DNA of 64,000 bases, taken from Chlorokybus atmophyticus. Lineage: Eukaryota; Plantae; Mesostigma and Chlorokybus algae. Positions 26,721 through 38,590 of this stretch are shown here, piece after piece. The stretch covers positions 1,893,661 through 1,957,660 of the forward strand of contig RHPI01001037.1 in the NCBI GenBank assembly GCA_009103225.1, read 5' to 3'. The position numbers and the translations under genes are program-made. Every line of letters begins with the position of its first letter. The first letter of the stretch is position 1. The notes beneath the pieces were generated by a model that was not told the DNA's origin, made no database searches, and was given only the letters and a program-made list of their open reading frames with translations.

Positions 26721-26779
26721 CAACCACGACAACGACACGCTCAGCTTCTCAGAAGCTGAGCGTGTCGTTGTCGTGGTTG
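26721..26779. repeat. Perfect 29-bp inverted repeat with 1-nt spacer
   Basis: CAACCACGACAACGACACGCTCAGCTTCT-C-AGAAGCTGAGCGTGTCGTTGTCGTGGTTG. Confidence 0.97.
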
Positions 26780-28419
26780 TGCATCGGTGGGGCCAGGCTT
26801 GAGCGATGTTTGACGATGGGCGCAATGTCTTTGACGAGCATGAAGGCGCTTGTGAGGGGGAGAAGACGCCTGCCAGAGCGTTAAGTGGTGGTGTTCCCGA
26901 TGGGGAGGTTGGGTGTGCAGCCGGTCTAGGGGGTGATGCACCTGTCAAGAACAAGCGCAAGATGGTGCAGCATTAGAGTGCCAAGCGTGGGCGGGACAAG
27001 CATAAAAAGCTGGTGGATCAGCTGCGAAGGGACTGTAAGATGCCTGAGCGCGCGCATGCCTCAGTAGTGTACCTGCTGGCCTTAATGTCGGGTAAAACGT
27101 GGCGCTTGACAGATGATCGGCAAGGGGTAGTTCTGCAGCCGCAGTGTCCACATCACATGCCTGGAGCTGTGGGGTTTAAGGGTTTCGGCTCATCTCTGAT
27201 GACCAATGTGCACATGAACAGTCAGCCGGTAAGTCTTACGCATGCTGTAACTGAGTACGCGTAAAATTGTTGATGTTCAATGTCATATGTACAAGAGAGA
27301 GTATGCTAGATTAGTTATGTGTGGTGAGGGTTGCAATGTTGACCGTATAGACTAATAGATGATGTGGTGCAGAGTGCCCACCGCAATGCTGCTGGTCAGT
27401 AAGAAAATATGGACCCGAACCGCCATGGTAGGCCGTCCATGCATAGAAGAGATCGGCGAGGCTTCGGTGAGAGGCGCAGGAAGGCTCTTGCAAGGCGTGA
27501 AGCTGTGGAGAGCCTTGGACTCCGCCATGATGAGTCGGACAGTGAGTTCGGAGGTGATGCTGGACGGGATTATAGGGTCCCTTAGCGCTCTAAGCTAGTG
27601 TACTCTACATGTGTGACTATTTGACATGTACAGTAAATGTGTTCTACATATGTGTAATATAGGCTGTTTGTGACTGCATTGGTTGCTGAGGCTTGTGCTT
27701 GCGTGGGCATTGTAGATGGTGACGCTGAGGGTGAGCTGCCTGGTGGCACCCATTCATGGACCTTCACACTAGACCAGGTGTGAACTAGTGCGCATGCTGA
27801 CATTTTAAGCAGGCAAAGCATGGACAAGTTGTGTACATATAATGAGGTGTTCGTATGCGCATGCATGTGACATGCAAGTAGTGTGGCTGTGATGTGGCTA
27901 GATTTGCTGTGATGGTTGGATGGAGTTGTGGGCCCGCAGCGTGGCAGAGAGGAGTTGCACTTGGTGTGTATCATGCTATACACAATTATATGCATCAATA
28001 TGCAGCGACGCAAAACTAGGCCTATGAGATCAAATGGTGTGTCGCTATCGCCTTCTTTCGAGATACGTTTGAAGGAGAGGATTACTTCATTGCTGCTGCA
28101 AGCTGAGGATGTGGATGCCTTGAATATTGACCTGGTGAAGGCTGCAAGTCAATTAGCTCAGCAGCTCTAGGAAGCAGATGGTGTAAAGATTCGATTGCAA
28201 GCCACTATCGCCTCCATGCAGAAGTGTGTGGATGAGTTGGAAGGTGACAACCACAAGCTGCGACAGCGCCTGCAGGTATGGGTCTGCCAGCTCACATGCT
28301 GCGGTGCACTCTCAATCTTGCGTGGTGGTTGTTATATGGTTTTATAGAATACCTGTGTATGGGGACTTGAGAAGGAGAGGGAGAGGGAGAGGGAGAGGGC
28401 ATGGGTAGCAGGATCCGAC

Positions 28420-31400
28420 TTGAAGGCTGCCAAGAAGGAGGCTGTAGATGTTTTGGAGAAGTGGCAAGCATGTAAGGACAAGCTTTATGAAGTGCAAGAT
28501 GAAGTGCAGAGTGGCATTGAGGATTTGGAATCAGAGTTGGAAGCAATTGAACATCGTGTTGAGCAATTGCAGGCACTGATGGACTCACCATCATTTAGAG
28601 GTGTTGACAATGGAGTGCATGTTTGGCGCCAGAGTGGAGAGGAACGTGCTGCCAATGTGGCAAAGTTGCAACAGGCTAGCCAGCAGGTGACTGCAACAGT
28701 GATTGGCAAAGCTGTGAGGAGAGTAGCTACAGATCTGCTGCGGCCAGGGGGGTCAGCACTACTGAGAGATGTATGCAGAACGGGCCACATTCTTTACCCG
28801 AGGACTTTGCAGCAGGCACTCAAGCGCCAGCTTGGTTCTGCAGTGCAAAGTATCATCGGTCATTGAGCTCGAGGCACCTTGTTGCTGCCTGGGTGGGTAG
28901 ATCCAGCAGATCACGCCCTGCACGCAAGAGGCATTGATCACGGAAAAAGACAGCACAACACCCCACTCAGCAAACCTATCCTGGCTTACATTCGAGACCT
29001 CTTAAGTAGGGTTGCCACTCAACGTGCTGCTGAGAACAAGGACAGCATACCTGATTGCCGGTTTCTGTCCAGTGAGGTAGACCCATCCTTGGTCGACCAG
29101 AAGCTGCTGTCACTCTTCTGTGCTGTCACCGGAGTGGCGCTACCGGCAGCGGGTGCCAGAGCGCCTGCAGTTGCCAAGAAGATGGCCAAAACTCTATTCA
29201 TAATGAACACAGCAGTGTTCATCACAAACAAAAAGGCATAGAGCAAGATGCATGTAGCGGTAGCTGAAGTGGTGGATGCCTTGGCTCGATCCTCAAAGAT
29301 GCATGTCATTCTCAATTGCTCGGGTGTCTGCATCAGCAACAGCACTCTGGATAGGCATGTTATGTCTCGAGTAACTGCAGAAGCCTATAAGCCATGCCCT
29401 GTCTCGCAGTCAGGGCCTGACTTGGTGTTAGTGAGTATTGACAATTGGGACTTCAAAGCCCAGCATGCATTGAGGTACTCTGGAAGTGAAGATAAGGACC
29501 TGCACTGCACCACAACTCAAGTAACTGTGCCTAAGCCTACCACTGCACAACACTTGGAGTATGCACCAGTGCAAGATGTTGCCATTGCATGCTGGACTAT
29601 TCAACAGTCAATGCCTTACCAACTATGCATGGCTGTGCAGGCACATAGGTATCGGACATACAAAGAGGCGCAGTTGGGCCTACCTTCAATGCCTCTCCCA
29701 CAACCTCTCCCTCCCATAGGCGCATCCCCATGCCTCTGCTGCGTGCCAGCTGCATCACAATGTACACTGTAGAGGAGGATGCAGCTGTCAACCAATGAGC
29801 ACTCTGCACAGCACCATCATCAAGCGCATGTGCAATCAAGATCTGCTGAAGCTCCCACTCAAGGACTGCATGTATGGCGAAGACCATGGGACCCCTGACC
29901 CCAGCACAGTGCACTACCTGCGTTTGCTTACAGTCCTGACAAGCCAAAACATCTCCGTCAAGCCCTGAAGATGGCCAAGATCATAGGCATTGACACTAGC
30001 ACCCAACATGTGCTTGTGGCGGGAGATCAAAAGACGTTTTACCTTATGCAAGCCTTGAAGCGCTCAGAGCATGGCTACTGGGACTGGCTTTTGCCCATTC
30101 CGGGGGATTGGCATTGCATGTATAACATGCTCCCCACCACAATGCTGATACATTGGGACGCTTGATTTGAAGAGCTTGCAGTTGCTTGTGGCTTTCCAGC
30201 TGGGTTAGCTAGGCACATCCTGGCAGAGGGCAAATGTTGGAAGAAACAACACCTGTTTTTGATGGCCGTGCTGGAAGCCTTGTATTGTCGTCGGTTTGCC
30301 ATCTTCCAATCTGCGAACCCTGGAGCAGCCATTCCCATTTTTTATGATGCCGAACATGATGTAGAGCAGCTCATGCACAGCCTGCAAGAGTTCCTTGCGT
30401 ATGGTAACGAAAGAGTCGAGAGGGATCCCACTTGGAGCCTCTGGTGGCAGTTTACAATGAGAGATGGGTTCTCTTACTTGGCTCTGTACTTTGCCCTAAG
30501 AACCGCTACCTGGCATTTGAGAACAGCAGCTTACAAAGGGCTGGCCCCTCTTGCATTTGCATGGGACAAACCTCACTACCAGCGACTCATCCCATATCAC
30601 CTATGGGACTTGCAGCATATGCCCTATGAAGTGGTGCAGCATCTGCGACAGGGGGCGTTTGTGGTGTCAGTAACGGGTACTGCACATGCAACTTTAGCAA
30701 GTGACAAGGCACACGAGTCCATGATCAACACAGATCCGAAGCTATGCCTGAGCAGGCCCACAGCTGACTTCATGCGACGCAAAACGTCTCATCTTTCATA
30801 CAGAGCTGGTGTTGTGAAGGAGGTGGTGCGTGTGCTGGAGCCACCATCAGCAAAAGCATCCCAACCAATGGCAGCCAGCAGCAGGCGTCACTTCGCTGGA
30901 GCAACGAAGAACATGGACAACATGATGGCTGTACTCCAGCATGCTGGAGCTCTGCAAGTGGAGACGCAGCATCTGCAACACCTTGTCACTGGAGTGCTGG
31001 CTAGTGAGGTGGCTGCAGCAGACCTAGCCAGACACCACACACTTGGCATGGACCAATTCCAGACTTGTGTCAAAGCAGTGCACAGCAAGGAGCTGACCGT
31101 AGACAAAGTGGGTAACCAATTTGCTCTGAAAATAATGAGCAAGCGGCATCAGCAACCTAAGAACACCAATGCAGGCGCAGACAAACCCTCATCCTCAAGA
31201 AGCTGGCGCAGAGTGCAGGCGACCTCACCACCTGCACTGCCAACTACATTGAGATGCCACATGCTCTATTTGATGACTCTGGAGGCATGCAAAAAGGAGA
31301 CAAAAGCAAGTTCCTAGTGGATATGATAGCGCCTAACCAGCGAGCTGAGTTCCTCCTCCACTTCTATGCTATCACTGGCAGCGACTACACCTCTTACTTT

Positions 31401-32099
31401 GCTGGTATGAGCAAGCATTACTTCTGGACCGAAGTCATGCTGAAGGAGGCAATATTTATCACAGGGGATCTCACCACATGCAATGGGGACCTGACACCAA
31501 CATATCTGAGGCTCATAGGATGCGCTTACATCTTGAAGCATAAGAACTGCTTCTCAGCCACCAGCAACGCAACATCATTGTTCTATGACACATGTGAGGC
31601 CGCTGCACGTCCTGACTCAATCTGCAGCCTCACACCATGGTTGCAGAGGATTGCACAACAGATTTGGGATAAGACTGCTGACAACAAGGACGATCTCCCT
31701 TCACCCACAGCGTTGGTGGAGCACTGCAAGTGGTCAGCTTGGGTGGTTGACATGTGGTGGCAGATGTGCAATCCACACATCACAGTATCCCCGTTGGAGG
31801 AGCACGGGTACACATGCCAGGAGGGTGTGTACAAGGCAATCATGGACACACCTGATGCCATAGCTGCAGCAAAAAGCAGAGCATCCCCGATCCTGCATGG
31901 GTGCTCGTGCAAAAAGACCCAGTGCAGAGGCAGGCAATGCAAATGCAGAAAGAGTGGCCAGACATGCACCATTGCATGCTCGTGCGTGTGTTGCGAGAAT
32001 ACCACACATCAGAACAACATCCAAATCTATAGGGACGACACACAGCTACAGCAAACCAACACTGCAGCCACGAACACCGAGCTAGACAGCGCCTGGTAA
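28420..32099 (+). pseudogene. Academ-type transposase with XPG/FEN-like H3TH motif and C-terminal Cys-rich domain (upstream exons probably from ~26.9 kb)
   Basis: Motifs LVSIDNWDF..LHCTTTQV, LVAGDQKTF, IPGDWHC, WDKPHYQRL, ASDKAHESMIN, FYAITGSDYTSYFAGMSK and GCSCKKTQCRGRQCKCRKSGQTCTIACSCVCCEN; one frame broken by in-frame stops (28864, 29239, 29770, 30163) and a frameshift near 31254-31317. Confidence 0.72.
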
Positions 32100-32100
32100 G

Positions 32101-35100
32101 CATGGTCACATGGTACACAGTACGCGTTTAGTACGTGAGCGGTGGTGTACGCGTACATACATGTACCCATTTATGCCAGTACGTGGCAATACGCTACAGT
32201 GGCAGTTTTGTCGTGTTGCTTCACGAGCATCAAGCATGCTACTTGCGTACATGTGCACAACAGTAAACAATGAGCAGAGAACACTATGTTACAGCGAAGC
32301 ATGTGTGCAGACATAGCCCATCACATGTGTCTGCCTAGTTACACCGAGTAATCATCAGACTCGCCCCCCTCATCATCATTACTAGACAACACGTCCACAT
32401 CAGAGTCTGCCTCCCACTCAACAAACTCCTGCACATAATGTGGGTTGTGGATCTTCTTCAGCTGCCTCAAGTTGGTGAAGACAAACACCAACTTCTCTGC
32501 CCTGCGTGCTTGCAGCCGATTCCTTCTCTTTGAGTGGATGAAGTCGTACGTGCTCCAGGATCTCTCACAGCTACAAGCTGATGATGGTTGAGCCAACACG
32601 CGCATCGCTAGCTGCTGCAACTCGGGTACACTACCACCATACATGTGCCACCAAGCATGCGCGGGCATTGTGAGAGCCGCTCGTTGCACTGCCTCTTTGC
32701 CGAACAGCCCCATCTTACTTCGGTACATGTGTAGCTGTTGCAACGCCAAGTCAACCTTGTCATGGGACTGCAGGACCCTCTCCACCATCGTTGCAAAGCC
32801 TTCCATAACTTCCTCATTGGTGTGCTGCTCATGACCCCAATATTCGGGATCCAGCACATAGCCTGCTGCATGCATGTCACTATGCAGCATGATCCACCTG
32901 TCCCTCCAACAGGCGCGCACATCAAGTCGTTGTTGTTCAGTCATGCCCTTCAGATGCTTGAGCTGGTCGCCAACACGAAACATCTTGGCGTACACTTTGC
33001 CTATGGTGGGCAAGTTCCCATCAACCAAACGCAGCAGATCCACGATGGGGGCCGACACCGCATTCACTAATGCCACTTGTGACCAGAAATCTGGTGCCAA
33101 GATCAACGCTCTGACTGCAGCAGCTTCTTGCTTATGCACACCCTTGTCGGCCCAAGCCTTCCAGTCCCTGCTCACCACCACCTCGTCGAGAGCGTCTTTG
33201 ACCTCGACTAGCCTTGCAAGAGTTATGAATGACGTTGCGAAGCGAGTATCTCCTGCACAACAAGTAGCTATGAGCAAACAAGCACGCGCATGACATGAGC
33301 ATGCATGCATGCGCGGGCAATCAGCTGCAATTTCACATGGTTGCTGTCTACCATTAATCTTGCGCTTGTACTAAGTTGATCTCTAACTACACACATGCAC
33401 GCATGCTATTTCACCTGGCTTGAGCAGCTCTAGCTTGGCTTTGGAGCGGAAGATGGCCAAGGAACGATGGTGGTTGGTAATGAACTTCACTATGCGTTTG
33501 CCATCAGCCACCACGCTTTTAACCCACTCCAACTTGCCTATATCCTCAAGCAATAAGTCCAAGCAATGCGCGGTGCACGGCGTCCATGTGATGTGCGGGT
33601 ATTCGCTAGTGATCAGACGTGCAGCAGCTACGCACACGCTTGCATTGTCCATGACAACTTGTATCACATTCGCGGACCCCACCTGCAAGTTACACACATA
33701 AGTACTTGTGTTGTGTGCGTGTATGAGCATGCGTGTGTGATGCATGTGCTCACAAAGTGCTGCCAGTCAGTGCGTGCATGTGTCACACGCATAAGTACTT
33801 GTGTTGTGTGCGAGCATGAGCATGCGCGTGTAATGCATGTGCTCACAAAGTGCTGCCAGTCAGTGCATGCATGTGTCACACGCATGCGTACTTGTGTCGG
33901 GTGCGAGCATGAGCATGCGCGTGTGATGCATGTGCTCATAAAGTGCTGCCAGTCAGTGCTTGCATGTGTTACTTAGCATGGTTGTGTACACAATCTATAA
34001 TGGCAATGAACGAGTGCACCACTTACTTCATCAATGGTGGAGATCAGCTGCTCGGATACATACTCCGCCGTCTTCTCCTTCCCTTCCGTGTTGATTGCTT
34101 GAAGAAAAACTTCTCCTTTAGGACTCACCATGAGCACATTCAACAATGGACGGTTGGACGTGTCCGACCATCCATCGCTAGCAATTGTGCATGAGGTTTC
34201 TCGTGTTGAGTCCTTGATGACTGCAAGTTCGCCATTCACCCTAGCATACTCCTTTTCCAACAAGGTTGTGCGAAGCGCCTCGGATGAGGGAGGGGTATAT
34301 GAAGCGCCAAACTTGCCAACCGCTTTCATTGCTGCGATAAAGTAAGGGGACCTTGCCACGTTGAAGGGGATGCCATTGCTGAAGAAAAACCGAGCAATGG
34401 CTTCATCCACATGCGCTTTATCCCCACGCTTGAAAGTTGCATCAAGAGTTTGTTGTTGACTAGAAGGAACGGTGGCGCTTGAATCTATAGCACAATGTGA
34501 TTGATTTGATGCGTGATGAGCAGCACCACTGCTTGCCAAGCTTCAATGCATGCACGCATGCATTCAAGTACCTGCACCAGCATCCCCAATGGCGGATGTG
34601 AGTTGATCTAGCAAGTCCAACCTCCTCCTCTTCTCACCCTCTTTCTCCTTGTCTTTCTTGGCTTGTGTAAGTTGCAAGACGATCTCCTCGGGAGGGGTTG
34701 TGCACTTGGTGACTCCACGTTCACCACTCAGATGGGCACCAATACGTGAAACACTTCCTGTCCACTCGTGCTCGCAATAAACACACCTCACACGAAAGTT
34801 GCCATGAGGCTTTCTCTCTATTATGTCGACGTGCTTCCACAGCGCACTTTGCGTCATTCTAACATAAACAAACACTATTATGAACACATGCAAATCACAT
34901 ATAGCACGTTGATGGTATGACTTGCAGGCTGCATGATGTATGATGGGCGCATAGCCAAGCATGCAGGCAACCAGTGCATACCCACGCACACACCTTGTAG
35001 CTAATGGCTATCAGGCGCAGCTACAGTAGCTTGAGAGATGAAGCTTGCAGCTAAAGGAGCGCCGTTCCCACCTGCCTGCCGCCGCTAACGCCGCCGCTGC

Positions 35101-35313
35101 CGCCAACTATGTTGCCTGCACCGCCGCCTAGTTACACTAGACTGACCAGTTACGGTTGAGATACAGTGCTAAGCTGTATCTCAGCGTAACTGAAGCGTAA
35201 CCCAGTTACACTGGCGTACAGACTGCGTACAGAATGCGTATTAGGTACGCGGGGTCTCTGTACGCGTCCAAACGCGTACTATTGGTCTAAAAGTCGCGTA
35301 CCTTGTGACCATG
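32101..35313 (-). mobile_element. hAT DNA transposon copy 1 (3213 bp)
   Basis: 16-bp TIRs CATGGTCAC(A/T)... 15/16 match; 8-bp TSD CTGGTAAG (32093-32100, 35314-35321). Confidence 0.97.
32339..34857 (-). CDS. hAT transposase (BED finger, DDE core, C-terminal dimerisation region), 4 exons, apparently intact
   Basis: Reverse-complement copy of the CDS at 38591-41109. Confidence 0.9.
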
Positions 35314-35711
35314 CTGGTAAGAATTGGCCTCCGGCCCTCCCTCATGCCCATCTAATTAGCACAATGCAAAAGAGGACATAGCTTGGTTAGATGACATATC
35401 TGACACTAATGTAGCCCTATGAATATCAGCACAAGAAAGATGTCAATGCACAATAGATGTCAATGCACAATAGGTTGCGGCTACACTACTCTATGCATAC
35501 ATGCCATCAACACATGCTTAGATGTAATACACAAATGAGTATCGGAATGCATGTGGCTGTGCAATTATCATGCACATACCTCTACAAGGTAGACGACAGG
35601 CTTACTAACATGTGCTCCAATGTCATGACTGCCATGCCATCATGCCAAGATGCAACCAGCCATGCACAGCAAGCTTCATGCATGTCCGCATGCTGTTTAC
35701 TCATGCACATG

Positions 35712-36308
35712 TTAATGACTACGCTGAGCACTCCACGCAGGCAATAGTTTTGGACTACGCACCACCTCACAAGCACCTAACATAAACGAACACACACGAC
35801 AACATACCTGCTGTTCACACAACCCGAGCCGGGTGCGGCAGACGCCACGCACTGCCGGCGCCCAGCTCGTGTTCATGCACAAGGTGATACGCGCCAGCGT
35901 CAGGCCCCTCATCATCCCCATGCATAAACTTATACAGGCGCACAACAGGAGTGCGCCTGCCAATGCTGGGAGTAGTATCCAGCTCGATCCGAAATCAGGA
36001 GTCTGCCCCATGGTAACAACTTCGATGGCGAGCATGGGATTGACCGGCGGCGGGGGAGCAAGCAGAGCTGCAGGCGGGCGAAGAGCCGCGCAAGGGGCGT
36101 GCACACTGACTACAACCCCCAGCCCATTAGCACGGGCAAGAACGCCCCCGCCCTCATCAGGCGGCCCGGCAACGGGACCACCATGAGGGATCACATTTTG
36201 CCGCCCCTCGTTGCAAGTATACTCGATCGCCAAGCTCCCGTCCAGGTACAGCTGCTCGACGTCTTCATTGGCACACAGGGCGCCCGGGGTGCCCGCCGCG
36301 CCAGCCAT
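35712..36308 (-). CDS. Hypothetical protein with one hydrophobic segment, inside the Academ TIRs
   Basis: 198-aa ATG ORF, GC-rich, Pro-rich linker then WILLPALAGALLLCACISLCMGM; possible donor CAG/GTATGT at ~35810 with a further exon at 35582-35776; no family recognised. Confidence 0.4.
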   Translation of the reverse strand: MAGAAGTPGALCANEDVEQLYLDGSLAIEYTCNEGRQNVIPHGGPVAGPPDEGGGVLARANGLGVVVSVHAPCAALRPPAALLAPPPPVNPMLAIEVVTMGQTPDFGSSWILLPALAGALLLCACISLCMGMMRGLTLARITLCMNTSWAPAVRGVCRTRLGLCEQQVCCRVCSFMLGACEVVRSPKLLPAWSAQRSH

Positions 36309-38590
36309 GTCGCCGCCCCTGACGCAGCCATGTGCAACAACTACCGCTGTTCGCCTTACGCAACCCTAATCACCTAACACTGGCATCACAGCGATTGCGG
36401 CAAACACACGTGGTACGCGCGCCACATTCACAGCCAGCGCCACTAACTGCAGACTTAACGAGCCCATCACGGGCCATTAACGTCGATCATGTCCGACAGC
36501 CGACGGCGACAATCCACTTTCAGTGGCCGTCAAGCACAACATCTCAAATCCACATCGACGTCGACGGCTGCCCTGTCAACGTCGACCACCGCCAACACAC
36601 CCTGACCGCCAACACTCAAGGATAGCAGGTACAGACTGTCTTGGCCTCCCGATTGTTTAGTGTTGTCGAAAGTGATGCAATGCAGGCGAGCGTCATGAAT
36701 CATGGCCCATAATCCACAAGTATGGCCGCATAGCGATGCATCAAAGTCACCGTGTGTGTTCATGAAGCTTTCTCAGCACAAGACTTCAAGGTTGTTACGT
36801 GGCAAGTTATCACATAGATAGTCACATCCTAGTATTAATTGACCGCAATGCGCATAGGGTTCACATCATAGCCATCCCAAGTCACATACATATGCTCAGT
36901 GAGCATACACAACAACATGCTAAAATAAGCTAGCATGAACAAGAAAGCACAATTATTACTCCCACGGCATTTGCATAAATGCTAGCTAAGCAGGTTGTAC
37001 TTATTCATCAAGTAATAAAATGTAATGTAAAATGTATCATATAAGCATATATATGAGCTATCCAAGTAACATGCAAGGCACACACAAACACGCAACATTC
37101 ACACGCTCAAACACATGCACAACAGCAAGCAAGCACTCAAATTGACATAGAGGGCATACAGGCACTAGCTATGTGCACTAAGCAAGTGCGTGCAAGGGTT
37201 GAAGATGAGGGCGGGTGAGCAAGCAGGGCAGGGCAGGGCAAAGGCGCGCAAAGAACCACCACCCGTGGTTGCGCAAGGGCGTATATATGCAGCAGACAGT
37301 ATTAATGTTATGTAGTTGTTGCATCACAGTGCTTGTCGGCCTGAATGTGGCACATGATGTATACATCATGTGCCACATTCAGGCCGACAAGCACTGACAT
37401 TTGATGCTTTTAGCATTGAACATCTGTTTATTGGATGCTGAAGCAATGAAAGCACATGTAAAAGGCTCAATTGAAGGTCTTACGGCCATCTGGTCTTGGG
37501 CCGGCGGTTCAGTGCCCCTACGTCGTTGATCACATATTTCATCGAACGGTCAGCAAATACTGCCGTCGGACTTGACGCGTTGGACGGAGCCCTCTCGACG
37601 GTCGAGCACGACCGGTCTGTCGGTCGTGGTCGACCGTGGTCGGTCAAAGGGGTCGACTGTTCGTTCAATCGTAACGAGTTACGACATAATATAGCGTAAC
37701 TAATTGCTGTAATTGCATCAAGTCGGCAGCTACTGCTACACAATTCAGTCCCCCGGTACCAATAGAGTCCCCCCTCGAATAGAGGTGAGTCCTCCCCCGC
37801 AAAATCAAGGGGGACTGTGTAAAAAGGGGGTTTACTCTGACGGGGTAAATACGGTGCCAAGCAAGTTATAAGTTTACATCCCTCCCTCCCTTCCTTCCCT
37901 AAGTCAGGCATGATTAAAACAATGGCAAAACTTGAAACTGATGTACACAGCCGTAATTCACTTATCACAATAAACAAGAAGCTTAACAATTATGCTTAAA
38001 CGTCATGTAGAGTGTAGTAGCAGCCATGTAACCATCAGCTTGATTATGTCATTTCATGGCAATAAAAGGGCTACTTTAAGAAAAGGTGTATTGGTTCCGT
38101 CATATACAGCCTTGTAAGTAAGCATTATAGAACGCATGGTCACAAGGTACGCGACTTTTAGACCAATAGTACGCGTTTGGACGCGTACAGAGACCCCGCG
38201 TACCTAATACGCATTCTGTACGCAGTCTGTACGCCAGTGTAACTGGGTTACGCTTCAGTTACGCTGAGATACAGCTTAGCACTGTATCTCAACCGTAACT
38301 GGTCAGTCTAGTGTAACTAGGCGGCGGTGCAGGCAACATAGTTGGCGGCAGCGGCGGCGTTAGCGGCGGCAGGCAGGTGGGAACGGCGCTCCTTTAGCTG
38401 CAAGCTTCATCTCTCAAGCTACTGTAGCTGCGCCTGATAGCCATTAGCTACAAGGTGTGTGCGTGGGTATGCACTGGTTGCCTGCATGCTTGGCTATGCG
38501 CCCATCATACATCATGCAGCCTGCAAGTCATACCATCAACGTGCTATATGTGATTTGCATGTGTTCATAATAGTGTTTGTTTATGTTAGA

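Larger units (their letters stand above)
26388..36655 (+). mobile_element. Academ-like (AcademX-type) DNA transposon, decayed, interrupted by hAT copy 1 (~7.05 kb net)
   Basis: 20-bp TIRs CAGTCGGGAGGCCAAGACAG (26388-26407) and CTGTCTTGGCCTCCCGATTG (36636-36655), 19/20 match; 4-bp TSD TTTA on both sides; weaker subterminal inverted match (26458-26473 vs 36570-36585); encloses a transposase/XPG/Cys-rich pseudogene. Confidence 0.75.

Noticed and set aside
28420-32099. In-frame TAG/TGA codons in a long frame as evidence for a non-standard genetic code
   Set aside because: Host genes here terminate normally with TAG (PRP4, NmrA-like), TGA (PGPS, CHLH) and TAA, and contain no internal stops; the element also has a frameshift, so it is a pseudogene.
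37480-37830. Cluster of short GC-rich inverted repeats (CACGACCG..CGGTCGTG; CAGTCCCCC..GGGGGACTG) and a 169-aa ORF
   Set aside because: No partner terminus or TSD found in the window and no protein motif; may be an element end but cannot be called.
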